DNA of 64,000 bases from the human T2T-CHM13v2.0 reference genome, Homo sapiens. Position 1 is the stretch's first letter. Each line of letters opens with the position of its first letter. Below the pieces are notes generated by a model. That model did no database searches, was not told where the DNA came from, and saw only the letters and a program-made list of their open reading frames with translations. The stretch lies in NCBI RefSeq assembly GCF_009914755.1, contig NC_060931.1. One strand, written 5' to 3'. The position numbers were made by a program, and so were the translations under genes. This document shows positions 1-13,371 of the stretch, piece by piece.

Positions 1-188
<188 letters not shown>

Positions 189-3100
189 TTAATTAAAACA
201 CAGGGAACATGAAGAAGAGACAAGGAACACAGAGATTGTTGAGTTCTAGTACTTTTTAGAGCCAGTTTGGGGTGTTTTATTTTTTGACCCAGGGCCTGTA
301 CAAAATTTTATGGTTACCTCAGAAAATGTGTTTTTGTTTCTTACGCAAAGTTATCTTTGTTCATTTATTTTCTCCCGTTTAAAGTTAATAACTAATCTTA
401 AGCTGATAGCATCATTTATCATGTTACCAGGGAAGATTTTTCCCTGCTTTTTAAAAAAAGTCATATTTTCTCTAGAACATTATATAGTACCTACTATGCT
501 TACATAAATTAGCACTTTTAATTAAATAAAGGAAATACTATATTGGATTCCTCATTTCTGAAACTAGATATCTATGACTTGATTCCTAAATTTGGGTATA
601 ATTTTAGGAGATCCTTAGTAATAAAGTTTATTGCACAGGCTGCAAGAAAGACAAGCCTGCCTCAGTACCACTGCCAATAAACCAAAACTTGCCAGGTTGG
701 AAGGTATCACAGCCTTGGCAGGGTACTCAGATTGGGCTCATCATCACTGACATCACTGCCCTGTTGTCTGGCAGTGATCCCAGGTGGGGATCTCTCTGTT
801 CAGTCTCCCTAACTTATTTTATGCTGAATGAAATAACCAACTCTACCATGTCAAACGAGCCTCACCAGAACAAAAAGGAATTTGTGAACTCCATTCAGTG
901 GCGAGCAACTTGACTGCTTAGGCAATGCCTGACACAAAAAGGTGCTCAATAGATTATGCAGTGGAATTGAAAAAGAGACTCAGAGAGAGGCTTTGAAATT
1001 AAGGCTCGACTAGGATTAAGTTTTTCCAAAGCAATAAAAAGGCCTAGGAAAAATATTTTTCTCATTTCTATGTGTACAATTCTAAAGTGGATATTATGTG
1101 CATTTTCCACTCTAATTTAGATCAGTTGAAACGAATAAATAATGAAGTGCTGACATATTTATTTTGCATCTACTAAGCTTATCCATTAAAATAGATTTAT
1201 CTGCACCATTTCCCTTAAATTGCAATCATGCCCTGGTTTTACAGCAATTTTCTGTATTTTGTGAAATTATGCCTCCAGATGCTTATCATGCACTTGGGGG
1301 TTGCATTGTTCCACCAGGTCAGAAGCATGTATATAGTCATGCTATTTTTTCCAGATGTGAGAGCTCAACATTCTCTGCATCCCAAACTCCGATAAAATAG
1401 AATTTATCCACTTCTGTGGTCACAGATGTAATGTTATGCATATATGTTGCTTGCTCAAAAATTCCTTTGTAAAATGGGTTTCTGAACGTTTGGTTTCTTA
1501 ACATGCAGATGAAATCTGTATTTGCCTCACAACTACTTTTTAAAGCAATTTCAATAAGTTTGCTCAATTTGGAGTTGGATGAATGACTATTTGCTAAGGA
1601 TTCTGATTCTGAGAGGTTTACTTCTAAATACAATCTTACATGTGTGTAAAACATGGAGACTTTCAATCTGTTTTTTAAAGATTCATTTTCTGTTTGGTCA
1701 TTGTCTTTTCAGCCCCATTTCCTAAATGCAATGCATGCATGATGTTTTCTGAGAGGAATTCGTAATAGGGATTTTCAATTCTTAACCACTTGCCTCTCCA
1801 AACAAACCTAATGGCGCCAGTTGAAAAAAAAAAAGTTTAATTATTTAAGAAAGCTATGTTCAGTACTTTAAAAATAGTATTTGAGTTTTTTAAATTATAA
1901 AAGAGTAGATAGTCATTGTACGCAAAACAACCATATTGTGTGTGAGTGAAGTCAAATATGGAAATCTTCCTCCCTCACACAACACATATACCTCCAGAGA
2001 GGTAAACACTCTTAACTGTCATTGTATGCCCTTCTGGAGCTTTTTCACATTCCTTTACTTACATATATAAGCACATGGACTATGCGCACCTTGCTTTTTT
2101 CATTGAATTATAGAACTTGGAGCTCTTGCCCTATCAGTGCACATACATTGACTTGATTTTTAAAACCCACTGCACAGATCATAGAACAGATTCAGCTATC
2201 TTCCACTGATGGATATTTAAGCCATCTATTTTTTACATATTAAAATGTCTCAGTGAACTTATTTATGTAGTATAGATTCCTAGAAGTGGAATCACTTTTG
2301 GCGGATATTACCAGATTCCTTTCCAAAAAGGCTAAGTTTATCCACATTCCACAACAGTGGATGCCAGGATCCTACTCTCCAAATATTTGCCAACACTGGG
2401 TAATGTCACTATTTCCAAATGCTATGCTAGTATTTTAATAATTTTTAAATTTTAAATTTACATTTTTATGCTTTTAGCTCAATGTGTAAACATCTGTGAC
2501 TGGTATTTTCTTTCTGTTTGGATGCTTTTAGCTCAATGTGTAAAGGTTTATGATGGATATAAAGGCAAAAACTTCTTAACAGTATAAAATATTTTTCTTT
2601 ATCGAGTTTATTGCTTTTTACCTTGATTCCTCTTTTTTCTGGTATTAATAATCCTGTTCCTGATCTTTGTTGGCACTTTCCTGTTTATATTTCTATTCCC
2701 TTATTTTCAATATTTCTATTTCATTTTATAAAGATAATGTAATTAAACTTTGCCTTTTTACCTAATTTAGGAGGCTATGCTTATTAATCAAGGAAGTTTT
2801 TGCATTTGTTATGAATCCTGAAATGTTTCCTCTTTTTCCTGACATCTTATTTAAAATTTTCTCTTTATTAAGCTTTTATTAGTTTCTCTTCACCTTTAAA
2901 CATTTTTTTCTCAATTTCACGAATTGGGTTTCCTTTGTTTTTTTCTCTTATGATTGGGAAGCTTCATATCCTATTTCTGATCTATGTCCTATTTCTATTT
3001 TACTAACAGTTACACTTACATTTTAGACATAAACAAATACATATATATATGTTTTGTTTTGATCTTAATTTATATGATATACACAAATTTAAATATATGT

Positions 3101-3807
3101 ATATTCACATGTTACATATGTTTAGTTAGATGTTTTAGCAATACTGAATACTAATTTTTTATTTAAATGAAAGTGAGCATGTAAAACACCTGATGATCAT
3201 TTATTAATACAAAGTCATCTATCTACCTCAAGTATTAAACAGGCATAACACAAACAGTAAATTAAAAGGCAATGTTAGAAACACATTATTTTGTGAGTTT
3301 CAAACTTCAGTATCAACAACTTCAGGGACATTTTTCAATAAAAACATCTATCAATAATAGCACTATTCCAAGCTTTCTATTTTTTTATAGCCTTATGTTC
3401 TTTTGCTCTTCAATATGTAGTACTTCTAAATTATTTGTAACTATTAATAAAATATTACTTTTTAAACTTTTCCTCTGAAAATAATTTTATGGTATGATTT
3501 GCACCACATGAGTTTAGATAATGGAATGAGCCTGAACTGCAGCAAAATGCCTAACAATGAAGGCTAAGAGTTTTTAAAGATCAGTGTCCAAATCTGTGGC
3601 AATGTTGGGGTAACAGGATGTGAGGCTCTTAAGGAGCAGAAGCCAGTCTGTTTCTGTGAAGCACCAGATTCTCAACTTTTACCTTAAAGGTATAAAAATT
3701 AAATTATTTTGCAGTTCAAAAGGCTGCCTGCAGATATACCGCACAGAGTTGTAAGGGAAACAGCCTTAATTACAGACATGGTCACGGATGCTATACTGGT
3801 CTAGATC

Positions 3808-4070
3808 TGCCCTGTCCAACGTGGCGGCCTCTGGTCTCATGTGACTGAGCGCTTGAACTATGGTGAGGTGGAACTGAGATGTGCTTTAAATGCAAAATAT
3901 ACACCAGATTTCAAAGACTCAATACGAAGAAGAAAAATTTATATAAAGTATCTCATAAACAATTCTTATATTGATTACATGTTGAAATAGGATATTAATT
4001 TCACCTGGTTCCTTTTACTATTTTAATATGGCTACCAGGTTTAAAATTTCATATGTGGTTCTCATTATTC
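3808..4070. mobile_element. MER33-like hAT DNA transposon fossil
   Basis: CTGCCCTGTCCAA start and internal AACTGAGATGTGCT...ACACCAGATTTCAAAGAC...ATATTGATTACATGTTGAAAT resemble the MER33 consensus as recalled. Confidence 0.75.
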
Positions 4071-4593
4071 AGAGGTAATATGTTAATTATCATTTTCTTG
4101 GAGTTCCAATAATTGTCTTGGCAACATCTGTGACAGTTCCAGGTCTGCCTAGTTTAATTCAGTCCAAAGGATTTCAGCAGTAATTTGCTGAAAACAGGAG
4201 GGAGTATCCTCTCTTTAATGAGACAAATGTCTACTGAAGTCATTTTCATGGCAAAATGGTAGCTGCCTTTTTTTGATTTAGTTATTATCATATGTTCCAA
4301 CTTCATGATAGGGCTCAGTAATGGGAGCAGTGGCTGAATTTCTGAGTCTGGATTTACTTTGTTTTTGTACCATATTATTCCTGTTTTTCTAACTACTCAG
4401 AGCCCTTGCAGTTGATAAATTACACTAAACTACTCCTGTGCTCCATAGATATATTACTCTAAAATCCTGACTTCTTATTGTTATTGTTGTCCTCTATGAA
4501 GAGTAACATCCAAGCCTCCTGACAATATCATCCTTTTAGGAAAAAATGTGATCTTATTGTTTGCTTAGTCACTGTTCTAAAAGATTAGTGGAT

Positions 4594-4696
4594 GTGCTCA
4601 TTTTGGCAGTACATATACTAAAATTGGAATGATACAGAGAAGATTAGCATGGCCTCTGAGCAAGGATGACATGCAAATTCATGAAGTATTCCATAT
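4594..4696 (+). pseudogene. RNU6-1091P: U6 snRNA retropseudogene, full length
   Basis: GTGCTC...CATATACTAAAATTGGAATGATACAGAGAAGATTAGCATGGCC...CAAGGATGACATGCAAATTC...TTCCATAT is U6 with CpG decay, followed by an A-tail. The TSD AAAA(G/T)ATTAGTGGAT is at 4579-4593 and 5035-5049. The U6 identity is secure; the pseudogene number is recalled and less certain. Confidence 0.9.
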
Positions 4697-4722
4697 AAAA
4701 ATACTCTAAAAATAAAAAAATA

Positions 4723-5025
4723 GGCCGGGCACAGTGGCTTACGCCTGTAATCCCAGCACTTTGGGAGGCCGAGGCGGGCGGATGACGAGGTCAGGAGATC
4801 TAGACCATCCTGGCTAACACGGTGAAACCCCGTCTCTACTAAAAATACAAAAAAATAGCCAGGCTTGGTGGCAGGCATCTGCAGTCCCAACTACTCGGGA
4901 GACAGGCAGGAGAATGGCGTGAACCCAGGAGGCGGAGCTTGCAGTGAGCCAATATCACACCACTGCACTCCAGCCTGGGCAACAGAGCGGGACTCTGTCT
5001 CAAAAAATAAATAAAAATAAATACA
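4723..5025 (+). mobile_element. AluY-like element in the U6 A-tail
   Basis: GGCCGGGC start, GAGAATGGCGTGAACC and GGAGCTTGCAGTGAGCC diagnostics, A-tail. Confidence 0.95.
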
Positions 5026-5757
5026 TAAATTTTAAAAATATTAGTGGATAAAGCACATGGCTTGAGTAGGGTTCCCTGCAATGTCCTCACCCCATGGCCT
5101 TCTGACTGCCTTCTGCCCTTGCTGTTATGTGGCCAGAGCCTGACACACCCCAACCCACCCCACAGGCTTCACTTCAAACACCCTGTGCCTGCCATGGGCC
5201 CCACCTGTCAGCCTCAATGCCCCAGTCCTAAGCCTGAACCTACATACTTTCTCTCAACATCAAGACTTACCCGAATATATGCCAAACTCCCTCAAACAAA
5301 ACATAACACAATAAAATGTGAGCAGCTGCTTTATTTTTCTTATCTTTTATCCGTTTGTTGAAATCTTCTGGAATTTTAGTTTTGCATTTTTTTAATGTTA
5401 TGTTTTTATTTCAGGAATTCATTTTAACAGTTGTATTAAACTGTGCAACTACATTGTCAAAAATTATTTAGACTTAATTAGTCACAGGGTTTGCTGGTTC
5501 CTTTGCTCATGGTGGCTTGGCATGGACTATAGCTTCCCTTTTGCTAACTTCCTTATCCTGATTCATTTCTCATTTGCCTAAGGCATCCTTCAGGGGACTT
5601 TTCCTCTTTCTTTCCCAGAAAGAATATATGATAATTTGGGGGTCCACTGTATCTAAACAAGAATTTACTGTAGTCGCCCATTTGACATCTTAGATCTACA
5701 ATTCTAATCTCAAAATTATTTGCCCCCAGAACTTTGTGAGCACTGTTTTATTATTAT

Positions 5758-6083
<326 letters not shown>

Positions 6084-6212
6084 TGACACTTTAGTTGACA
6101 CTCTGATTCTTAGTCTTTTATAGATTGCCTATTTGGTTGTGCTCTCTTGCTCTCTTTCCCCAGAGACTTTACCAAGGTATGTCTCAGTCCATCCCCAATT
6201 CTTGCTTAACAC

Positions 6213-6902
6213 TGTTTAGAGAAAACTCCCTCTAACCGCACTTTTCCTCTACTCTCACACAACAATCATCAACACAGAAGACTTCTGTGATCAAATATGG
6301 GTTAATTCCCCATACACCCATCAGCAGACACCAGCTGCATGTCCTCTAATTCAATTCCAACACTATTTACCTAGAGATGGTGTCAGATCCCACAGGCTGA
6401 GGGGTCAGTCCCCAAGACTGCCCCTCCACACCAGTCGCCAAGTCCGGGCCTTCAGAACTTCTGACCAACCAGCTTCAAAGTTCCCATGACCCCTTCTTTG
6501 GGTTCAATAAATTTGCAGAAGCAGTTCATACAACTCAGGGAAACACTTAGTTCACCAGTTTATTGCTCTATACTGGAAAAAATACAGACGAAGAAACGCT
6601 AGGGCAAGGTATGGGGGAAGAGGCTTGAAGCTTCCATGCCCTACCTGGGCACACCACTCTCCCGGAACCTCCACATGTTCAGCTATTGGGAAGCTCTCTG
6701 AACCCTGTCCTCTTGGAATTTTGAGTCTTAAGACCCACAATCAGAAAGGTGGGAGAATATTAGAGTGGAAGGAGGGCAGAACACCAGAGGCCTACCTGAG
6801 GCCTAACACATCCAACATTATAACAAGACTGTGTAAGGGCTGTGGGAGTTATGAGCCAAAGAACCCTGGATGAAAAACCTACATATATATATAACACCAC
6901 AC
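6213..6902 (-). mobile_element. MER21-family LTR
   Basis: CAGACACCAGCTG...CTAATTCAATTC...ACCTAGAGATGGTGTCAGATCCCACAGG motifs; reverse-complement similarity to the element at 49.25-49.9 kb. Confidence 0.7.
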
Positions 6903-7223
6903 ACTCAGTAGATGCTTTTGATATGAACTATGTATTTCACTCAGAAGAATTATCTGCTCTCAATAATGCAATTATCATCTACCTCTCTCCTTTTTACTTT
7001 CTATAGATTCCCCATTATATGGATATTAGTTACCTGGAATCTGTCATACTACTTAACTCCTCACTCTAGCTCTGTCTGCTGAAGATTGTAAAATAATTCC
7101 ACAGCTTATTCTTCCTTTTAACTATCTTGTTTCAGCCCTTTCCATTTTAAAAATTCAGTTCTTCCACTAAGATTTTTATTTTAACCATTAGAATTCTTGT
7201 TTCCTGGGCCTTTATTTCACAGC

Positions 7224-7755
7224 TGTGATAGATTCTGAAGCAGGCTCCATGATCCCTACCTCCTGGTAGTTGTCATTTTTAATACCCTTCCCTAAGAGTG
7301 GGAAGGACCTGTGTCTTGCTCTCACCCTACAGAATACAGCAAAGATGACAAAGTGTTGCCTGTGTGATTACATTACAGAAGATAGTAACATCTGTGCTAC
7401 TGGAAAGGCTCTCTCCCCTGCCGGCTTTGAGGAAGCAAGCAGCCACACTGGAATGCCTACATGGCAAGGAACTGAGGGCAACCTCCAGCCAACAGATGGC
7501 AAGAACTGAGGCCCTCTGTCCAGCCATCTGTAAGAAACTGAATGTTGCCCAACCACCATGTGAGCTGAGAAGTGGATCCTTCCCCAACAAGCCTCAGATG
7601 AGACCACAGTCCTGACCAACACCTTCATTGCAGCCCTGTGGGTCCCTGAAGCAGAGGACCCAGCTAAGCCTGAAAGAAACTACAAGGTCATTAATGTGTG
7701 TTGTTTAAAGTCACTAAGTTTGTGGTGATATTGTTATGTAACAATATACTAATAC
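7224..7755 (+). mobile_element. MaLR LTR (MLT1F-like)
   Basis: TG...CA ends; ATGGCAAGGAACTGAGG, GAGGACCCAGCTAAGCC and terminal CTAAGTTTGTGG...TAATACA. Confidence 0.75.
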
Positions 7756-8197
7756 AATAGCTGCCTATTTTAATTTGGTGGCTACCATGTCTTCTGGGAT
7801 CGAGACTTTCTAAAGCTCTACTCAGTCTCCTGAATCAATGGTTTTCTTTGATGGGAATCACTCTGCTTCTTCTCTGGGTGCCTCTCATGATGTTGGGTTT
7901 TTCAGAAGTCTCATGAATCTTGCATGGTTGTGAAGTGCACATAAAGTCCCTAGCTGTAAAGAACTTTCTAATGGGTGTGAAATAGGATTAGAGACAAAGA
8001 CAGTAAGCATAAGTATTTTCAGTTAGTAACAGTTACCAATAAAAAATGTAGGATAATATGATAGTGATGGCATGCACGTGTTGGAAGTTAGTGGAGGCTA
8101 TCTCCCCAGTGGTCAAAGGAGGTCTTGCTGGAGAAATTATATTTTACTAACTTGAAGCAGCAGCTGTAAGGAAGAGCTTTCCACACTCAAAGAACAG

Positions 8198-8842
8198 TGT
8201 AATGTTCCCTACCCCACATTGCTGCTGTAACAAACTACCATAAACTTAGCAGCTTAGAACCACACACAGTTATGACCCCACAGTTCTGTACATCAGAAGT
8301 ATAGGAGTCTCTACCAGTTTCTCTGCTCTGGGTCCCATAAGACTGAAATCAAGGTGTCAGCCGGCCTGGATTCTCATCTGGAACCTCTGGGTGAGGCTTC
8401 CTGGCTTATTTAGGTTGCTGGCAGAATTCCCTTCTATGCAGTTCTAGGACTGACACCTCTGGTTTTTGTTGGCTATTGTCTGGAGGCTCCTGTCAGCTCC
8501 TAGAGACTTCTCTCCAGCCTTCGTGCATGGGCTCCTGATTCACAGAGCTGCAACTTCAGAGAAAATCCTTCTCATGCTCGGAATCTTGGACATCCTCTCT
8601 GCCACATCTTTCTTCTGCCTCTTTAGCCCTCCTCTTCTCTAACCAGCCAGAGAACATTCTCTGCTTTTAAGGACTTGTGAAATTAGATTGGCCCTACACA
8701 AATAATTCAAGATAACCTCCCTATCTGCAGGTCTGTAACCGCATTACCTCTGCAAAGTCCCTTCCCAGCAGTACCTAGATTTGACTGAATAAGCAGGGGA
8801 TGGGTCTCTTGGAGGAACATCTTCAGAATTCTGCCTACCACA
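8198..8842 (-). mobile_element. MaLR LTR (MLT1E-like)
   Basis: GCTGCTGTAACAAACTACCATAAACTTAG, GAAATCAAGGTGTCAGC and CTGCCTACCACA are typical antisense MLT1 motifs. Confidence 0.7.
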
Positions 8843-11800
8843 CTTCCTATATGAGAAACATGTTTGTTGCACCTTAAGATCCAGTGGGATGAAGGAAAGT
8901 AAGAAAGGAGAGTGAAGAGAAATGATATTTGGCTCTAGGAAGGAATTTGGATTTTATTTTCATTTAGATGGGAATCTATTGGAGGATTTTTACAAGGGGA
9001 AGTAATGTTAAGTTATACTTTAAAAGTGATCAGTATGCTGACAGGAGAAAGCTTCCTTAGCAATTGTCTTTCATATTGCCCAGCCATGGATAGAGATGTG
9101 TTAACTGTGGCGTGAGCAAGACCTCCTCTATGTCTTGGCGTAAGCCTGCATGTGTCAGTGGCAAGGATATAGAGAAACTGTAGGAAGTGGGGGTCGACCC
9201 TTAAAAAAATGTGGAAGTAGGTAAAAAGTTACCGAGACAGGAGTGAGTTACATCAAGAAGTTCCACTGCTTCATCAAATACTTGTGCTTCTGTCTAACGT
9301 GGCAACCAAGTACCTGCCATCCTGACTCACTTCTCAGGCTGCAGGGCCCACAAAAGCCAGGCGACTGTAAATGACTCCCTCTGATTTAGGGAACTCCACT
9401 TCCCAGTGGCTCCACAAGAACAGTTGGGCATGAGCTCCGCAAGGCTTGTCTTGGCAATCCTTTCAGATACCAGACCACTGGCCCACAGCCTATTTTGCTG
9501 CCTAAGCTAGGGGTACAGCCCAGGCACTGCTGAGATAACCAATCTCATCTGGCATTTTCACAGCCATTATTTAGCTCAGGGATTCCAACAACCCAGTACC
9601 ATTTGCCTTGTGACCTCCAGAAACACCTGTCATATTTGAAAATGGTAACCTTCTCTCTTTTCCAACATCACACTGGATTGATTCTTAGTGTGTATTTTTT
9701 CATTTCAATGAAAATTTTGCACATACGGGCAGGAAAGGTAAATTTGTGGCTTAGGCCACTATTTTAAATGGAAAGTTTGTTACTATACCTTTTATTATTA
9801 AGCTAATATATTCTTCTGGGGGAAAAAAAATGCTGGGGTAGTTTTTTCCTAGAAGCCTTTTAAGGGAAAGTTGAGCTGCATGCATTTCTTGGATACAAAG
9901 GTAAGGTGCAACTCTGACACTAAAGCATGAGACTACCAAGCGCTGATGGCTCCCTCTCTGGGACTGCATGGCTTCATCACACATGGGGATGAGAACTGGG
10001 GCCTGACAGTCCAGGGCAGTGAGTGAAGGTGAGCAAAGGAGGAGACAAGGCCTCTGCTCTGGACTCACTGACTGCACAGGTTGTTATAATATGGGAGTGC
10101 TTGCCCTCGCCATATCCGAGGAACCTGGGACTTAGCTACGTTTCCCCTGCCATCTCTACATTTCTGAGCAGAAATGGATTGAGAGAGCTCTAATAGCTGT
10201 GTTTCACTGGCCGTGGCAGGCCCTGTTGGTCAGCAGGCACACCGCTGCTTGTTGAGATGCCTGAGCCCAGCTGTCACAAAACACCAATGGCCCAAGTGCC
10301 CTTAACAACAGCATGTTGCCTTTATAAAACGCCACCTTATGTGGACTTCCTAATTTTTCTTTTTCTCTTAAGTGGTTATTATATATTAAGTGGTCCATTA
10401 TGCTGACTTAACTCCTTAATAAAGCCCTCTCTTCATGTTTTCCCGTTGTTTTTATAATGAGCCAAATTAGTAATAAAGTTAGCCCTTACCTGACTATACT
10501 TTGTTTTGTACCTCCCAGTACCCAGCACCTGATACTGTGTAAGCAATTCTCAAATTCATAAATTTTTGGTAAGTGATAACAGAAATCTGGATGTGTTATT
10601 AAGGAATGACCAGTACAATTTCCCTTTATCACTAAAAAAACAAATCTTACGGAGTCTGTACAAACTCTCTAAGGTTAGAATCACTGGCAGTTTTCTAATG
10701 TCCATTTTAATGCTCTTTCCATTATAAGCCGTGTTGTAAAAGTATTTTTTAAGGGCAAGAGTTAAAAGTGGTGACTGCATCTTATCTATTCTCCCAAGAC
10801 TCCCTCCATTCACCCAGGCTGCTGGGGCAAACCTTCAAGATGGCCTCACCTGCTTAAACTGTTTAAAATGTGCTCCCTCACCACCAGCTCCCCAACTAAG
10901 GTCAAGAACTAGGAATATAAGAAGGAAGTAAAAAGATGTTATCTTTATCCAACCTGTCCTTTTGCCATGGACCTTGATAGAATCCTTTCTTTTAATCAGA
11001 TCCCTAAAGGTGGGCTGTAAAGTGTCCCTTAAAAAAACACTGGGAGAGTAAAAATGGAGACCAATAAATAACATATAAGCATGAGTAGAGAAAAATAATA
11101 ATCTGGGACAGACCTTTAAAAAAGTTCTAAAGTGTAGAAAAGGAGAAACATAACTAAGAGATATTTCTTTGGAATTAGAATTTTTCCACAAAACTAAAGA
11201 TAGATGGCATATGATCTCTAATAATATGATGCAAATACCACAAACACTAAGCAGAATGAGCTAGGACAACCACACAAAATAGCTGAAAAGATCCTTCACA
11301 GCAACAAGAGCAAAATCAAGGCAGATTCAAAGAAGAGGCACAATCATAAAACATGAACCAGGCCTTTTAAATCTGTATTTTACTATTTAATCCTCACTCT
11401 CCAACAAGACAGGTATAAACTATTCTCACTTTAGAATTGAGATTGAATAATTAAGTAACCAACAGTCACCAGTAAATGACAGAGCCAGAATTCAACAGGT
11501 CTATTTGGCTCCACAGCCCATGATCTTTAGACTATGATTCCATTAAGACCAGCTTGTCAATATGAAAGGCACACCTGAGAGATATTTTAGAACTGAGAAA
11601 ATGAGTTACAATTTCAGAAAATTAGAAATTTACCACAGAATGAATACATATCAAAAGGATCATATATTATTATTAGATGTATAATAAAGATTTAAGAAGG
11701 CCTGAAATCATAAATTAGAATTACCATATTCATATCAAAATTGTTAAGCATTAATACCATAACCAAGTGACATGTTTAGTAAAATATGTATTTCTACTAA

Positions 11801-12637
11801 GGGAATGTAATTTTTGAAGACATTAAATATCAGGCTAGCATTCATGTTTCTGAAACAATAGCTAAAGACAGGGCAGTGCCACACTTGAGATAATTTAATC
11901 CAAGATTATTATATTCGATGAAGACAATCGCATGTGGCGAGAGTAAGCAATCTTAAAGTTTCAGTAAGCTTCCTATCCAACTGCTTCAGAAACACTCAAA
12001 ATCACAAAGTGTTGAGACAAAGAAAGCTTCTCTGTGGTATAACGTAGAAACAACAGTTGACTCCCCAGCTCAAATTTTCTTTCCAGCTTTAAAATATCCT
12101 GACTATTCCTTTCAGGTTTAGATTCTTATTTAACAGAGTAGACCTTAATTCAGGAAAGACCATTTCTTGAGCTAACAAGAGAGACATGGGCTCTGCTTAA
12201 TCCAAGATGAGCTAAACCAACTAGACTTTCTCTCCTTGTCACAATTTCTAAACTCCATAGAAAGAAGTGGCCCTGTGGCTGGTGATCAAGGGAGCTTAAA
12301 GTCAGGGCTGGCAGAAGCTGTAACTGAAAAAAACTGATAATAAATATTAAGACCAAATTTCAGAGCTAAATAAAACATTAACAGCTAGAGGGCAAATGCT
12401 GATAAATCTAAATAGCTAGACCCAAGAAGGTGGGAGTGATCTGCAATTAAACACCAAGAAAGAAAAACTAGAGAATTCCTTGACATCAATACCAAAGAAA
12501 CCAAGTTTATAGTGCTGTTTATATAGAAATAGAAAGGGATAAAGACAGTAATGAATATTGTGGAATGTTTTAGGATGTTAAAAGATATAACTAAGAACTG
12601 AAGACAAGAAGTTTAACGTCCAAATTCTAATAAAAAA

Positions 12638-12942
<305 letters not shown>

Positions 12943-13365
12943 TGAATTCTAATGAAAGACAATCACATATTACAAAGGGAAAAACTAAAAATTGCAACAA
13001 TCTTTTAACATAAAAACAGAAGGCAAACCAAGAATAAAAATTTAAACTATATACACAAACTGTCTAAATTCAACAACTAAAAGTGTTTCAATTTGTCATT
13101 TCAAATTGCACTGTTCACAAGAGAAAACATTAGAACTTAAATATAACCTCCACGAGACCAAGGATATTTGTGTTGTTCATTGCTCTACGTTCACTACCTT
13201 CAGTTTTTTGAATAAATGCAAAAAGAATGCCAACAAATACCAAAACTGCCTACTGCCCAATGCTGCCATAGCTCTGATTCAGTGCAGATGGAGTTTTACA
13301 CAGGAACTACTTTTTCAAGAGGACAATTTAGAATGCAAGCCAAAAGCTTTAAAAAGTGCATATTC

Positions 13366-13371
13366 TTTAAT
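13366..13371 (-). terminator. FIGNL1: Probable FIGNL1 poly(A) signal (ATTAAA)
   Basis: TTTAAT on + gives a 3'UTR of about 1.1 kb, consistent with the recalled transcript end. An AATAAA also occurs at 13707-13712. Confidence 0.55.

Larger units (their letters stand above)
3400..5085 (-). pseudogene. Candidate highly decayed leucine-rich-repeat coding fossil, interrupted by MER33 and U6/Alu insertions
   Basis: Manual minus-strand translation gives successive LRR-like fragments with stops and frameshifts (see findings). Inference only; no database search was run. Confidence 0.4.
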
